A stretch of DNA of 64,000 nt from Octopus sinensis (lineage: Eukaryota), in the NCBI RefSeq assembly GCF_006345805.1, contig NC_043001.1:109554001-109618000 (forward strand), in the 5' to 3' direction. The position numbers and the translations under genes were made by a program. Shown here in pieces: positions 51,691 through 64,000 of this stretch. Under the pieces are notes generated by a model. It made no database searches. It was given only the letters and a program-made list of their open reading frames with translations, and was not told the DNA's origin. The stretch's first letter is position 1, and every line of letters begins with the position of its first letter.

Positions 51691-52499
51691 TGATAAGAAA
51701 ATTCACCAGCATGCGGTTCTTCCACGCTGCAATTGTTTTTGTTTCATCACACGTTCTCAGATCAGTTCACTTGCTATGCAAGTACATATCCGTAATTCCT
51801 AAGGTAAAATATAGGCATAGAGAAATTAGAAATATAGCTAATACGCACTTATTTATTCTCAGAAACCGCACTTTCTCATAGGTTAACATTATTTCATTAC
51901 AAATCAATAAGAAGTAAGAAAACCAAAGAACAAATTCCCTCCCGATCCGTGGACTCATACGTCTCGCTTTCCGTATTGAGTGAGGTACATATTCTCTGAC
52001 CTGTACGGAACGCTGGTCCGTAGAAGGATAACTCGTTTTTGCCTGCTGAGTAGACTGCAGCAAGGTAAAGTGAGGTGCTTTGCTCAAGAAAACAATACAT
52101 CGCCCGGTTCAGTAATCGAACCCACAATCTTAGAATCATGCGTTGAAGACCCTACCCACGTAGCCATGCGCATGAACTCATTTCTTTACAGTCTCAAACA
52201 TAATCGTGATTCGTGTTTCCATTGGGCGAAATACCAGGCTGGCACCAAACCAAGTGCAATGCCTTGCCTGAGAGTGAAATACACGTAAGACCTATGAGTT
52301 AATGTATGAAAACGCACACAGACACACACATACAGATACACACACAGACACTCACACACACGATGCACACACACAAACACATATTCATGCATGCTTAATT
52401 AGACATCGGTTTAAAAAATAACTGGGAAAAAGAAATTTCAAGATAAATTACTTAAAACGTATAGAGATATTTATATTGTTGCAACACTAGACCTAGTAA

Positions 52500-52501
52500 T
52501 T

Positions 52502-52594
<93 letters not shown>

Positions 52595-52631
52595 ATCTAT
52601 CTATCTATCTGTCTGTCTATCTTAATATCTG

Positions 52632-52670
<39 letters not shown>

Positions 52671-52721
52671 GTCTATCTGTCTATCTATCTATCTATCTAT
52701 ATCTATCTATCTATCTATCTA

Positions 52722-52782
<61 letters not shown>
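52500..52782. repeat. (TATC)n then (TA)n
   Basis: Directly visible. Confidence 0.95.
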
Positions 52783-52783
<1 letters not shown>

Positions 52784-53595
52784 CTAGCAGTATCACCCGG
52801 CGTTGCTTTAGAATTGAAATTTTTGAAAAGTAAAAATTTTGCATTATGTAGCTTGTTATTCTCTTTAAGTGAACAATTTTCTGGTTGAAATACACCGAAA
52901 AATGGCGACAGTCAAAAAATCGTAAAACAAAAAGGGATTTTCATAGAAAAAAAGCACCTTTTTGATGTAAATAACTTTTGGTGTTAACATGGTCCGATTT
53001 GAATTTTTTTCTTTTACGGAATGAAGAGCAAACCTTCTATCATACTCTCAATTTTGGTTAACTTGCGCCGCAGGGTCTCGGAGGAGATAGTGTTAGTTGA
53101 AGGCTACCAAACCTGCCATACACAGACAACTTCAGCTTTATATATATAGATAATTGGTATGTGTTCACAAATTCCAAACGATTAATACGAAAAAACACTC
53201 CAGGCTACATCCCGAAAATTCATTTCTTTGCCGAATTTCTACAATGTTTACGGCGATTCGTTTTTATATCTTGATTTTTTTTTATTTTTCATGCAATTTA
53301 CATATGCTTGCACGCGTGCTGAACACAGTTCACGTCAAACAGCTGACTGAGTAAATTCACTATTCAATGCATGGGATAAGGCCTAAACAAACACATTATC
53401 GATGTTTGCACTTGCGAGATAAATTTCGGAACAGAAATAGCGCAGTTCAATTTTCATTCGCCTAAACTTTAAGTGACCATTTTAGGTGGTTCTACGATTT
53501 GTTGGCTAGGAGGATATGTGCCGGGAAGTTAAACATACAGACACACAAACAGATACACACACAGATACAAAAGTTGAGTTTTATATATAAAGATA
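52783..53595 (+). mobile_element. Helentron/DINE-1-like element with a second 3' end in tandem
   Basis: 5' ACTAGCAGTATCACCCGGCGTTGC as at 26151. The first 3' end ACAGACAACTTCAGCTTTATATATATAGAT is at ~53151 and the second (ACAGA)n...TTTTATATATAAAGAT at ~53595. Confidence 0.6.
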
Positions 53596-54576
53596 TATCT
53601 TCTATCTATCTACATACACGTATCTACGCGCGCGCGCGTGTGTGTTTGTATTTGTGAGACCGTTTGCAAAGGAATTTCACCTCAGCTGAGCGAAAATTAT
53701 GAGATTATAACAAGCAGGTTGGTAGAATAATAGAAAGTCTAGAAACAGTTATACTCATATAGAATAACGTAGTAGATAATACGTGGTTTTGTTCTGAGTA
53801 ATAAAAGTTTTTTTTTTTTTACTTTGTAAGTCCGCATAATAGCTAGATTGCTAACAATGCTAGGTAAACTACAGATTGTGCGTTAGTCATTGCGGATATT
53901 TGGAGTTAATAGAACATAATGGCTACGGATCTTTTATGATCAAAACAAAGCTAAAAGTATCACTTATAGCCTAAAATTTTGTGAGCGTTTTGTTTAATGT
54001 GCCGTCTGATCCAATTATATCAGACGAATATCCTTATGAGTTTAAAAGATGCACTCAATACCGCTTGTTTAAACCTAAAATTGTGGATGGTAATATGTTG
54101 CGTGTTTCAAACTCTTCAACATATATTATTCATTTCTATGTTTTTCAATGTTTAACTTCGAAGGTGGATCTATTCAATCTAAAACATATCCACTGTGTAG
54201 TGGCATTGCGTATATATAATAATTTAAGCCACAAAATGTCAAACCATAGCATAGATTCCCGGGGAGACAAGACATATATACACTCAAAATATTTTATTGC
54301 AAGTATATAATGTCTCACTAAATCTGGTTTTAGCTCTGTCAAAACACGAGTGGACATATACATCACTCTATGTATACATTATTAAACTGAGTAAAACGAC
54401 GGATTTACTACCAAGAAACTTCTTTAAACGATTCTACCTCTGACGTATTCAACAAATGGAATGTAAGATAATATCTGCACAAAATCTTACCTTCGAACTA
54501 CAGGAGTGAGCAGCGTCGAAACAATTGTAGTGATTTTATATAATGAATATCGTTAATTCCATTTTCTGACTTTTAC

Positions 54577-54641
<65 letters not shown>

Positions 54642-54650
54642 GATTTATCG

Positions 54651-54707
<57 letters not shown>

Positions 54708-54754
54708 GCTATCTATCTATCTATACATCCATCCATACATAAATATATACATGC

Positions 54755-54975
54755 AGGTAATTATTGGGCCACTAGAATATGTAACACACTGCCTAAATAC
54801 CAATCATGAGCAATTAGCCTTCTCAAAAGCAGAAAGGAGAAAGCTGATTCGAAGGCTACAGATACAAGCCATCACAGGAACTGTAAAAATCTGTAAAACT
54901 TTCTAAAAATGTATCATTTAAATATACATATATATATATAGATATATGAGCATGTCTAGACATGCAACTAAATGC
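54755..54975 (+). mobile_element. R4/Dong-like LINE 3' end
   Basis: RKLIRRLQIQAITGTVKICKTF resembles the terminal GT..I.RK motif of the copies at 11-14 kb. Confidence 0.5.
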
Positions 54976-54984
54976 TTGAGAATA

Positions 54985-55330
54985 CATACAAGTCTATCAT
55001 TTGTTTGACCACAAGGTGAGTTCCATTGCATAGTGTGGGTGCATTTAGATTGCGTAGGATGATGACGAGGCAGCCGACTTTTAAGTGAAGTTCGTGGGGA
55101 TGAAGTCCTGGAGGATGCTGGAAGTTGAGAAATTCTGTTGGAAACTGTGTAACATAATCGAGGTCGGCAACGGTGCCAACTGATCTGTAGCAACGTTCTT
55201 GAGAAGGTAGTGTACTGAGTAAATGGTAATTAAGAGTGAAGACAGCTGCATTCATTGATGCAAAAACAGCCCTCTGCTATCGTGTAAATATCGGCAGTTT
55301 GAAGTGGTCGGGCATTCGAAAAACTATATA
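54985..55330 (-). pseudogene. Helitron PIF1-like helicase fragment
   Basis: RAVFASMNAAV..LN..LLSTLPSQERCYRSV..VAD.D...FPTEFLN..HPPGLHPHELHLKVGCLVIILRNLNAPTLCNGTHLVVKQM matches the Helitron PTEFLN...LKVG.P..LLRNL...LCNGTRL motif. Confidence 0.88.
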
Positions 55331-57088
55331 ACTGTCACAACTTTCTATGAGTAAAAGTAGAGAATATATATTATATAGAATAATTTCTGGGGGTATTTAA
55401 TAGATAATCAAAAGTGAATTTAAATTGCATGGCTATCTCAAGGAAGTGCTAGTGTGCAAATACTGGCTGCTTGCAGTGAATGGGCATTGTAAAAAAACTG
55501 TGGTAGAAGACGAAGTGCAAGTAGAGAGTAATGTCCCTTGAAGCAACGATTGTTGGTATTTCTTATTTATCTATGAAACGGTGTTTTCGTCCCCTATGGT
55601 CGGTATTATTCATTCTGAGGAAACTTTGAAGATTATATGAACAATCTCTGGAACATATGTAATGTATGTTCCCACCGTGAACGAACTCGGATGAAAAATA
55701 TTGATTTTAAGGGGGATCAAGAAAAACGCCTATACACACATACACACATGTATATATTGATATACATAGACACACACATATATATACATACATATATATG
55801 TATACACACACACACACACACATATATATATGTATATATATATGTATATATATTGATACTATCAAAGATACACGCACACTCCTATATATAAGCATATATG
55901 CATTTATGTATGTAAATGCTATTATGCTGTATGTATGTTTGATATTTATATTTCTTTCCTTGTCTCCTGCGTTATTACATCGGTATATAAACACCCGTCG
56001 ATTCGCCGTTTAAAAATGCTGTAAATTATACCATTAAGCATCAATAACACAAACAAAACGGAGAATCATTAAAATGATTAAATGAAAGAGTTGTTAATTA
56101 GAAAATGAAGGTTTAAGGTTTTTTTTTCTTTTAAATTTCTACATCATGTTGGCGTTATTCCGCTTTGTATTTTTCGTGTGATTAATTTTTGCTTTTGCAG
56201 TTTTATTTTAATTGTATTTTTTTAATGTTAATTCATTATTTGTTATCGAATTAGTTCATTTCAGCAAACACAATGTGGACAGGTTTAAGATATTATAGAT
56301 GTCATTGTGGGTGACTTATTGCTTTCAAAAGTACCACTAGATATTAACTAATCAGATTTGTTACTCCACGCAGTGTGCCGAGTCAGCATGGAATAATATT
56401 ACAAGTATTCTCTGCTCTGAATCACCGCTGATGCCAAGATTGATTGTAGATGCATCTATAAAGAACTTGATAGGATCTTAATAATTAAACGATAACTGCA
56501 ACAGACATCAATCTAAAATAACACTAGTGAAATTATCGCGTATTGTTTCACTTCCATACATATGATTTTTCGCCATTTTGTTTTCATTAATCAGATCTCC
56601 TTTTTTATGTTTTTGCAATTCTGGAATTTGTTTTCGAACAGTCAGTAGGTGGGACACATCTGTTGTAGTTTCAGGCTGCAATTAGAAGATTCAGAAAATT
56701 AATGTTTGCCTTGCACACTGGTAGGTAAATAAATCTGCTTAAATGCAAATTTTTCTATGATTTATTTGGCTGGACTAAATATTGCATGTATATGAAGTTT
56801 TATTATTTTACAATGTTTTGTATGAGAATCATGGCGCGAAAAAACGTGGTATGATGAAATTTCATCTTCTCAAAACAAATTAACAGACGATCAATATACT
56901 GCGTGTAGTCGTCATTGTAAAACATCGAGAATGCATTTTGTTTTCTTCTAGATACCCTTTTTATGCTTGTTCAACCAACATTCTTTCAAAAATCTAATCT
57001 CAAAAAACAAAACACAACTGATGACAAATAAACCAGACGAAATAGAATTCTTTATTCAGTAACGACAGTAAAATATCTATAATTATAA

Positions 57089-57397
57089 GATACAGAAATA
57101 ATTTACTCCCAAACGCATGATAATGCTAATACAATAGCAAGAACAGAATAAACTATCCATACATTGCAGAAAAGTTCGCTACCGACCAGCCATATGACTC
57201 GAACTCACATCCCTGCAATTACGTGCCAATTGCTTTAACTTTAAGCTAAGCTGCCCAGTAACGAATTGCGCTGCAATTTCAAGATTTATACATCTAGCTT
57301 TATAAGACGATTTTTTCTGCAATATATGGATAGTTTATCCTGTTCATGCTTTTGTATTAGCATTATCATGCGTTTGAGAATAAGTTTATTCTGTATC
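57089..57397. repeat. Inverted repeat, ~85-bp arms with a ~137-bp spacer
   Basis: 57089-57173 pairs with 57311-57397 (CAAACGCATGATAATGCTAATACAA / TTGTATTAGCATTATCATGCGTTTG); the spacer holds a tRNA-like SINE fragment. Confidence 0.85.
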
Positions 57398-58142
57398 TTT
57401 CAAGACATCTCACTGCTTCTAAAGCAAGCTTTGTTTATTTTCATCGTAAGTTGAATTCATCTATAATTATATATTACTAGGAAAGAAATACCTGTTATTT
57501 TTGTTGGTTTTTGTTTTTTTAAGCAAAAAGTTCCTGATTGAGAGGTGCTGTTATCAAATTCATTTCAGCCACTCTCAACCTATTCCACATTTATAGTGTC
57601 GGAAACTGTGACCGTGTTTTATTTTCCGTTTTAAATATGATTAAATATGTTCAAGGTTAATTGACTGGTATTGTTAACAGGTCAAAATATAGAAATTAAA
57701 GCTTTATTTGGGGTAATGTAACTCAACGTGTTTCACCAGAATTAAACTGATGCGCTTTCTTTAATCGCATGCTTAGGTTAGACCATATCCATCCTCTCCT
57801 ATATACGTAGAGTTGATATATTTTGTTTGCTTGCTTTGTCTGTTATAGCAGTGCAAGAGAATTCGTCTTGTATTGTTATATGGACATCTGTTAATTCTGA
57901 GGTGGCCGTTAGCTAATCTTTATTATATTCGTAGGATTTCCATTTTTACAGCTACTTTTGTTGATGAATAACATTGATAGGCAAGAATGGGTGGTAAGCT
58001 GTTTGTTTCCCAACGAAATTATTCCAGATTCAGTCGCACTGCGTAGTACCTTAAGCAAGTGGTTTCTACCTTGGTTAGCCTGCCTCGGGCTGACCAAAGC
58101 TTCTAAGAGGATTTGGTAGAATGAAACTGAAAGAGGCCCACC

Positions 58143-58187
<45 letters not shown>

Positions 58188-58188
58188 G

Positions 58189-58227
<39 letters not shown>

Positions 58228-58297
58228 GAGAGTATAAATCCAAACTTACAGGGAAAAATTTAGTATCAAATCAAATTTCACCAAATAAATATATAAA

Positions 58298-58455
58298 ATA
58301 TAAATTAGAGATAAAACCACTATTATGAATAAACATAGACATAAACCAAAACATAAATAACAAATAATATATATATATTATTTATTATTTATGTATCGGT
58401 TTATGTCTATCACTGTTTGTGTTGCATAATAGTGGTTTTATCTCTAATTTATATT
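58298..58455. repeat. Inverted repeat of an AT-rich element end
   Basis: TATAAATTAGAGATAAAACCACTATTATG pairs with CATAATAGTGGTTTTATCTCTAATTTATA, and ATAGACATAAACC with GGTTTATGTCTAT. Confidence 0.85.
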
Positions 58456-58459
58456 ATAT

Positions 58460-58885
58460 TATATTATATGCTTAGCGGTGTTTCGTCTGTCTTTACGTAC
58501 TGAGTTCAAATTCCGTCGAGGTCGATTTTACTTTTCATTCTTTCGGGGTCGATAAATTAAATACCAGTTAGGCACTGATGTCAATGCAATCGACTTAATC
58601 CCTTTGTCTGTCCTTGTTTGTCCCTTCTAAGTGTAGCCCCTTGTGGGCAATAAAGAAATAAGAAACGTTAGCACGCTGGGCTAACTTAATTTATCGACCT
58701 CGAAATTATGAAAAGCAAATTCAACCTCAGCGGAATTTCAACTCAGAACGAAAAACAGACGAAACACCTGCTTAGAGGTGCTTCGAGGTCGATAAATTAA
58801 GTACCAGTTGCATACTGGGGTCGACCTAATCAACTGGTCCCCTTCCCAAATGTTTCGGGCCTTGTGCCTAGAGTAGAAAAGAATA
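58460..58885 (+). mobile_element. SINE cluster (two sense units plus an inverted internal fragment)
   Basis: Family motifs at 58470-58680 and 58785-58885; reverse-oriented piece at ~58685-58765. Confidence 0.8.
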
Positions 58886-59949
58886 TATTTCTCTTTTACA
58901 GTGTTTAACGTATACGAACTGGACGCATACGGATATTTTATTACACGTCAAAACAATAAAATGCATTTACGTGATGGCAAAATAATATCCGAGAATATTT
59001 ATCATCCAAAAATTATAAGAATTAATAATGGTTAGTTCTTCGTTAGAATTCAAAATAACTTCGATCCCCAAATGATTAAATAAAAAATATGCCTCATGAT
59101 GAACTGAATTTTGTAAAAAAAAGTATAGAAAAGAAACACATAATTATATACAGTAGCATGAGGAGAAAAGAAATTGAATGATGAATGAACATGATTTCTA
59201 TGGACTGCGAAAGTAAGAATAATGACAGAAATGCACATGGCAAACAACTAACTTAAGTGATTTGGGGTGAAGGTATGCACAATTTTATCGCAGAGATCTT
59301 TCAATCTTTGAAATAATTCATAATGCGTATGCTTCTTTCTTACACAAATAACAACTTAACAATGATTTTTGTATCCGTGTCATAGGAAGGTTACCTCGCT
59401 GAAACTAAATTACGTCGAGGCTGAACAGGGAAACTGTTCATGGGCATAATATATATGATGCATTAACTCAGTAACGTCTATTTCGAAAGTAATCGAATGA
59501 GCACCACGTATATCATGCTGTATTTATGAGATATATCTTTGATAAAAACATGTTAGCGAATATATGTCAGCTAAATGTAGAATATATAAAAAAGAATGGT
59601 ATCTTTCATAATGCTATACTTTCTGTGAAGCACATAACATATAATTCTCATTGTTAGACCTTGTTATAGATGGAAGAGTAGTAATGATGGAAGACTGGAG
59701 GCTTTCCAGGAGTGGAGTGAACAAAAGGAAGAGAGAAATATGCTTAGGAGATAACAGAATTACGAAGTATTTTATCGAGTTATTCCCAGTCTGGAGATAA
59801 TTTCGTAGAACTTATGAACGGGAAAATTGAGTGGATTTGTATAAGATCGGGCTAAACATCTTGTAGTATATATTCTGGTTGCTTACGACTAAATTGAAAT
59901 TCTCTTCAGAGTAGCTTTAGATTATATTATGCTGGGTCGATAGATTATC

Positions 59950-60460
59950 TTTTCTTCTCTTGGCACAAGGACCAAAAGTTTTGGAAAGAGGGAGTCAGTC
60001 GATTAGATCGACCCTAGTACGCAACTGGTACTTAATTTATCGACTCTGAAAGGATGAAAGGCAAATAATCTTTTCTACTGTAGACACAAGGCCCATAATG
60101 TTTGGAAAGATGGAGTCAGTCGATTCGATCGACCCCAGTACGCACCTGGTATTTAATTTATCGACTCTGAAAGGATGAAACTCGGCGGAATTTGAACTCA
60201 GAACGTAAAGACAGACAAAATACCTATTTCTTTACTACCCACAAGGGGCTAAACACAGAAGAGACAAACAAGGACAGACAAACGGATTAAGTCGATTATA
60301 TCGACCCCAGTGCGTAACTGGTACTTATTTAATCGACCCTGAAAGGATGAAAAGCAAAGTCGACCTCGGCGGAATTTGAACGCAGAACGTAACGGCAGAC
60401 GAAATGCCGCTAAGCATTTCGCCCGGCATGTTAACGATTCTGCCAGCTCGCCGCCTTTCA
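59950..60460 (-). mobile_element. Three-unit tandem SINE cluster
   Basis: Two B-type tails (GCACAAGG/ACACAAGG...GAGTCAGTCGAT) followed by the dimer junction and a full head. Confidence 0.85.
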
Positions 60461-61149
60461 ATGTGTTTATGATTGTAACAACACTATGCAGTTATAAATC
60501 CTGTAACCTTTTCATAATAATTCAAACGTGGTGGGTATCTACACAAACACAATAATATCATTTAACGTGTAACAGTATGCAATATAATCTCTTTTGTCAA
60601 ATTATTTACTTTTCAGCTGAATTCAATAAAGTGAAGCATTAGTTTTGTGCAGAAGTCGATGTACGCGAGCATAGTCTTCCCCCACAAATCTGTGATATTG
60701 TTTAATGGTATAAATCAATAAGTTTCTCAACTTGGAAATATTGGAAAATAAAATAAGTGAATATTCATAAAAGCAAATTCATATAACATATGACACATGC
60801 CTCAATTATATTATCGTATATTAAGAATAAATAACAATCTTTAGTTCAAGATTGTTCATGTCGAGTTTTTGAAATTTAATATGCATAACATTAGATGTAA
60901 TCATGTTGAAATAAACATGTTTGCGACTTGCGAAAGAAAGGAAGTACAATTGTCTCTTTAAGTACGCCAACCTTCAATAATATTCAACGATCCTGAAGGG
61001 GTTCATATCATAATTTCACTTGCCGTTGATAGCTGTTCGCGTATACTTTATTATATAATTTAATAACATATTTTAATAAATATTGATTGCAAGTAAAATA
61101 TGTTTCTTTTATTAATCTCGCCACGTATTTTTTGAAGCAGTTCACAGAT

Positions 61150-61455
61150 CTTAGCACTCCGTCGGTTACAACGTTGAGCGTTCCAGTTAATTAGATCAAC
61201 GGAATTCTGCCCTTGATATTGATGTGCAAGTGGCCGAGCCCTCTATAGACACGAGTGCTCTTAATGTAATTCTCAGGGAGATACTCTATGAGACAGAATC
61301 TGATAAAGCAGGCTTTTTAAAATATAGCTACAACTCACTTTGCTTACTGAGTGGACTGCAGCAACGTGAAATAAAATGTGTTGATCAAACATCCAACGAG
61401 TCAGCGGGAATCGAACTCATGATCGTGAACACAGTAACCTAACCACTAAGCTACA
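61150..61455 (-). mobile_element. tRNA-derived SINE of a further family
   Basis: GTTCCAGTT.AT..GATCAACGGAA...GTGCAAGTGG..GAG...GAGTGGACTG.AGCAACGTGAAATAAA and a reverse B-box GGGAATCGAACTC. Confidence 0.65.
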
Positions 61456-61688
61456 CATGTGTGTGTGTGTGTATGTGTATAGGTATAAGTTAGAGGTGTT
61501 AGGCCCTATAAGGGATAGAAGTATCCAGAGGCGCTCCTGGTAATTACCTCAGTAAGTGTGGTCGTTGGTATAAGGTATAAGGCAGCAGGTAATTTAAAAA
61601 GGTAAACCATAGCTTAATATATATATAGACGATGTGGAGGAAAAATAACAAATAGAAGTTTGTTTGTTGTGCTAAAAAGCCATTACTT

Positions 61689-61802
61689 AATTAATTAATC
61701 AAGGTGAGTGTAAGGGATGGTTTACAGCTGTCTCTGTGTACCAAAGTTGAGGTAAATAATCAGCTGTAAACCCACTATTACACTCACCTTGCTTAATTAA
61801 TT
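61689..61802. repeat. Inverted repeat, ~42-bp arms with a 30-bp spacer
   Basis: AATTAATTAATCAAGGTGAGTGTAA...GGTTTACAGCTG pairs with CAGCTGTAAACC...TTACACTCACCTTGCTTAATTAATT. Confidence 0.85.
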
Positions 61803-61937
61803 CAAAATTTAACTCAGTTTTAAATTTTAACTACTATGACGGAGGTGTAATTCTTGTCTATGACAAGACCCCGAGATCCTAGGACCCCCTGACGTACTTT
61901 CTCCTACAGTAAATCAGTAAATTTCTTATTTGATTAC

Positions 61938-62193
61938 CTGACACGAAATTTATCAGGAGACAAACGCATTTGCTGACACTGACAACTACTGCGCTTGAAA
62001 CTTGAAATATCTAAGGGTATCCCATATTTGTTCTTGTTCAAACTCACATCGCTTCTTCTGCGGGTTCTTCTGAAAAATGTTGCATTTGTCAACAGGTCGG
62101 CAGGGGTAACACCGATGGCAATCTCGCACGAGTCAAGCTGACAATCTACCAACAATCTGTCAACACCACTACTCCGAATGCTGTTGATACCAC
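61938..62193 (-). CDS. Candidate internal coding exon (256 nt, phase 1 to phase 2) of an unidentified gene
   Basis: Non-repetitive, GC-elevated open frame GINSIRSSGVDRLLVDCQLDSCEIAIGVTPADLLTNATFFRRTRRRSDVSLNKNKYGIPLDISSFKRSSCQCQQMRLSPDKFRV. Acceptor TTTCGCGCCAAG|G; donor CAG|GTAATC, with an in-frame stop immediately inside the intron. Confidence 0.4.
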
Positions 62194-62249
62194 CTTGGCG
62201 CGAAACCGTAACGACACAACGTAAGAGGCCATAGCCACAGCAGAGTGCA

Positions 62250-62721
62250 GGCACAATGACCCAATGGTTAGAGCAGCGGACTCGCGGTCATAAGAACGTG
62301 GTTTCGATTCCCAGACCGGGCATTGTGAGTGTTTATTGAACAAAAAACACCTAAGCTCCACGAGGCTCCGGCAGGAAGGGGTGGTGAACCCCGCTGTTCT
62401 CTTCCACCACAACTTTCTCGCATTCTTTCTTCCTACTTCTGCCAAAAAGCAGAGGAACCATAATGCAACCCACTATGGTGTGGTAAACTTTCAGACCCTA
62501 GTCTAGATTGCGAATCCTCTCTACCCCAGGATGGTTCAGCTCTCTACCTGTTAAAAGCCACTGTTTACGAAATGAGGATAACAACGTAGATTTCGCGTCC
62601 GTGCAACCGCCAGTCTATCGCATGTGGTGGGTGGATCTTCAAGTTGCCGCACGCATTCTTAGTAGCTTAGAGTAGGCTCGAATTAGAGATTATTCTTTGT
62701 GGCTAATGGCGTTAGTCCTGA

Positions 62722-62752
<31 letters not shown>

Positions 62753-62756
62753 AAGA
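62250..62756 (+). mobile_element. tRNA-derived SINE with (AAG)n tail
   Basis: A-box-like TGACCCAATGGTTAGAGC and B-box GGTTTCGATTCCC; no tRNA 3' acceptor arm; ends in (AAG)n. Confidence 0.65.
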
Positions 62757-64000
62757 CAGCAGATTCGTACCAGCCGTAGAGCAACGCATGACCGAAAACG
62801 AAAATTAATTTATAATATTCTCTAATTGATAGATTATTTAATAGTGGTGACCGATAAATATCGTAAATAGTAAATGATTGTTTCAAGAGATTCGAACTGT
62901 TACTTCACTCTATCCATTTCGAGGGAAGATAACCAATATGGATCTCCAAGAGATACAAGTGTGGCAAAAACGAAACGATGAACAGGTATTTTGCACTTAG
63001 GCATTCGGCTGACAATGTAGGACTGATGGATAATTGCTGGCGAGAAAATACACGCAGCTAAAACGAAACAAAAAGGCTTAAACTTTTGTTAAATACTTTT
63101 ATTAAAAGTCTTTAAATGCATAATGGAATTTCGTTTGTCACTGCATAATACATTATGGTAACAATTTCTCTCATATCTTTTCCTTTACACACACACATGC
63201 TCGCGCACTCGAATGTGTGTGTGTGTGTGTAAACATATATTTCATATGTAAATATATATGTGTGTGTGTGTATATGTATACACACAAAGCTTTTCCCTTC
63301 TGTAATACAGCGACAACGTGTAAACTGATAGTTACATTCCCTGCATTTGCAAAACAAACAAATATTTGTGATCAGGAGTTAATGAGTGTAATCGAAACGT
63401 CTAATAAACAATAACTTTAATTATCCACAGGAATATTGAAGTATTAAATTAGGGACATAAATAGTGTTAATTAAGTTCTTGGAGAAGTAATTAAACCTCA
63501 AATATTTAACAAGTGTTGCTGAGAATTATAATTGTCTCTAACATGAAAACGTGCGCTTATGGGTTCGGAAATGAATATTATGACAACGATCTATTTCTCA
63601 TATCCATTAGTTTCATAAATGAATTTGTTCCGCTGGACCCCATCTTGATATTGCACTCAACTATCTTATTAATTATTATTCGTCAGGTCGTGGGTTATTG
63701 ACTAAATCATGGCAATAGTATTGAACAAAATATTTTGGTATAGATTTTAAGTTTTGAGTTCAGATCCAGTTGGGATTAATCCAACTGTCCATTGTTCTAG
63801 GACAAATAACAGCATTATAATTCGATTAATTGCGTTGATATAATCAGCTGTAGTTTAAGGCTTTCAGTCGCAACCTCATCTAAACTCGGCGATTCTTGAT
63901 AATTTTAAACTGAGCAGAACCCTTAGCTTTGCAGGTCTGGTGTACTCGACTTGATGGAGAGAGAGAGAGAGAGAGAGGGAGGGAGATAGAGAGAGTGAGT

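Noticed and set aside
59395-59420. 26-nt minus-strand micro-exon (CAG|CCTCGACG...GCGAG|GTAACC)
   Set aside because: Open only in phase 0 to 2, which is incompatible with the flanking candidate exons; such signals occur often by chance.
62096-62220. Plus-strand exon alternative (VGRGNTDGNLARVKLTIYQQ...)
   Set aside because: It overlaps the longer minus-strand candidate, which is preferred for its longer open frame. It cannot be fully excluded without RNA data.
62250-62330. tRNA gene
   Set aside because: A- and B-box-like head only; no complete cloverleaf, and it continues into a SINE body. The same applies at ~31920-31960, ~52100-52170 and ~61395-61455.

Overview
AT-rich eukaryotic DNA, very probably from a coleoid cephalopod (Octopus-like). 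That assignment is an inference from the microsatellite load and SINE/LINE families I recognise, not from a search. There is no intact gene, rRNA, true tRNA or CRISPR array. Almost all long ORFs in the supplied track are translated microsatellites. The window holds (TA)n, (TG)n, (TAGA)n and (TAA)n tracts, many tRNA-derived SINEs, and decayed mobile elements: CR1, RTE and R4/Dong LINEs; Tc1, mariner, Tigger and hAT DNA transposons; a Helitron helicase fragment; and Helentron-type non-autonomous elements. The most interesting signal is a set of Penelope-type minimal hammerhead ribozyme motifs with palindromic stem III from several unrelated repeat families. One carries a compensatory U3-A8 core pair. 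About ten local fold-back inverted repeats are also present, most next to TA tracts and several built from these element ends. Two phase-compatible candidate exons on the minus strand (61938-62193 and 48302-48389) may belong to an unidentified host gene. Repeat boundaries are approximate and were read by eye.
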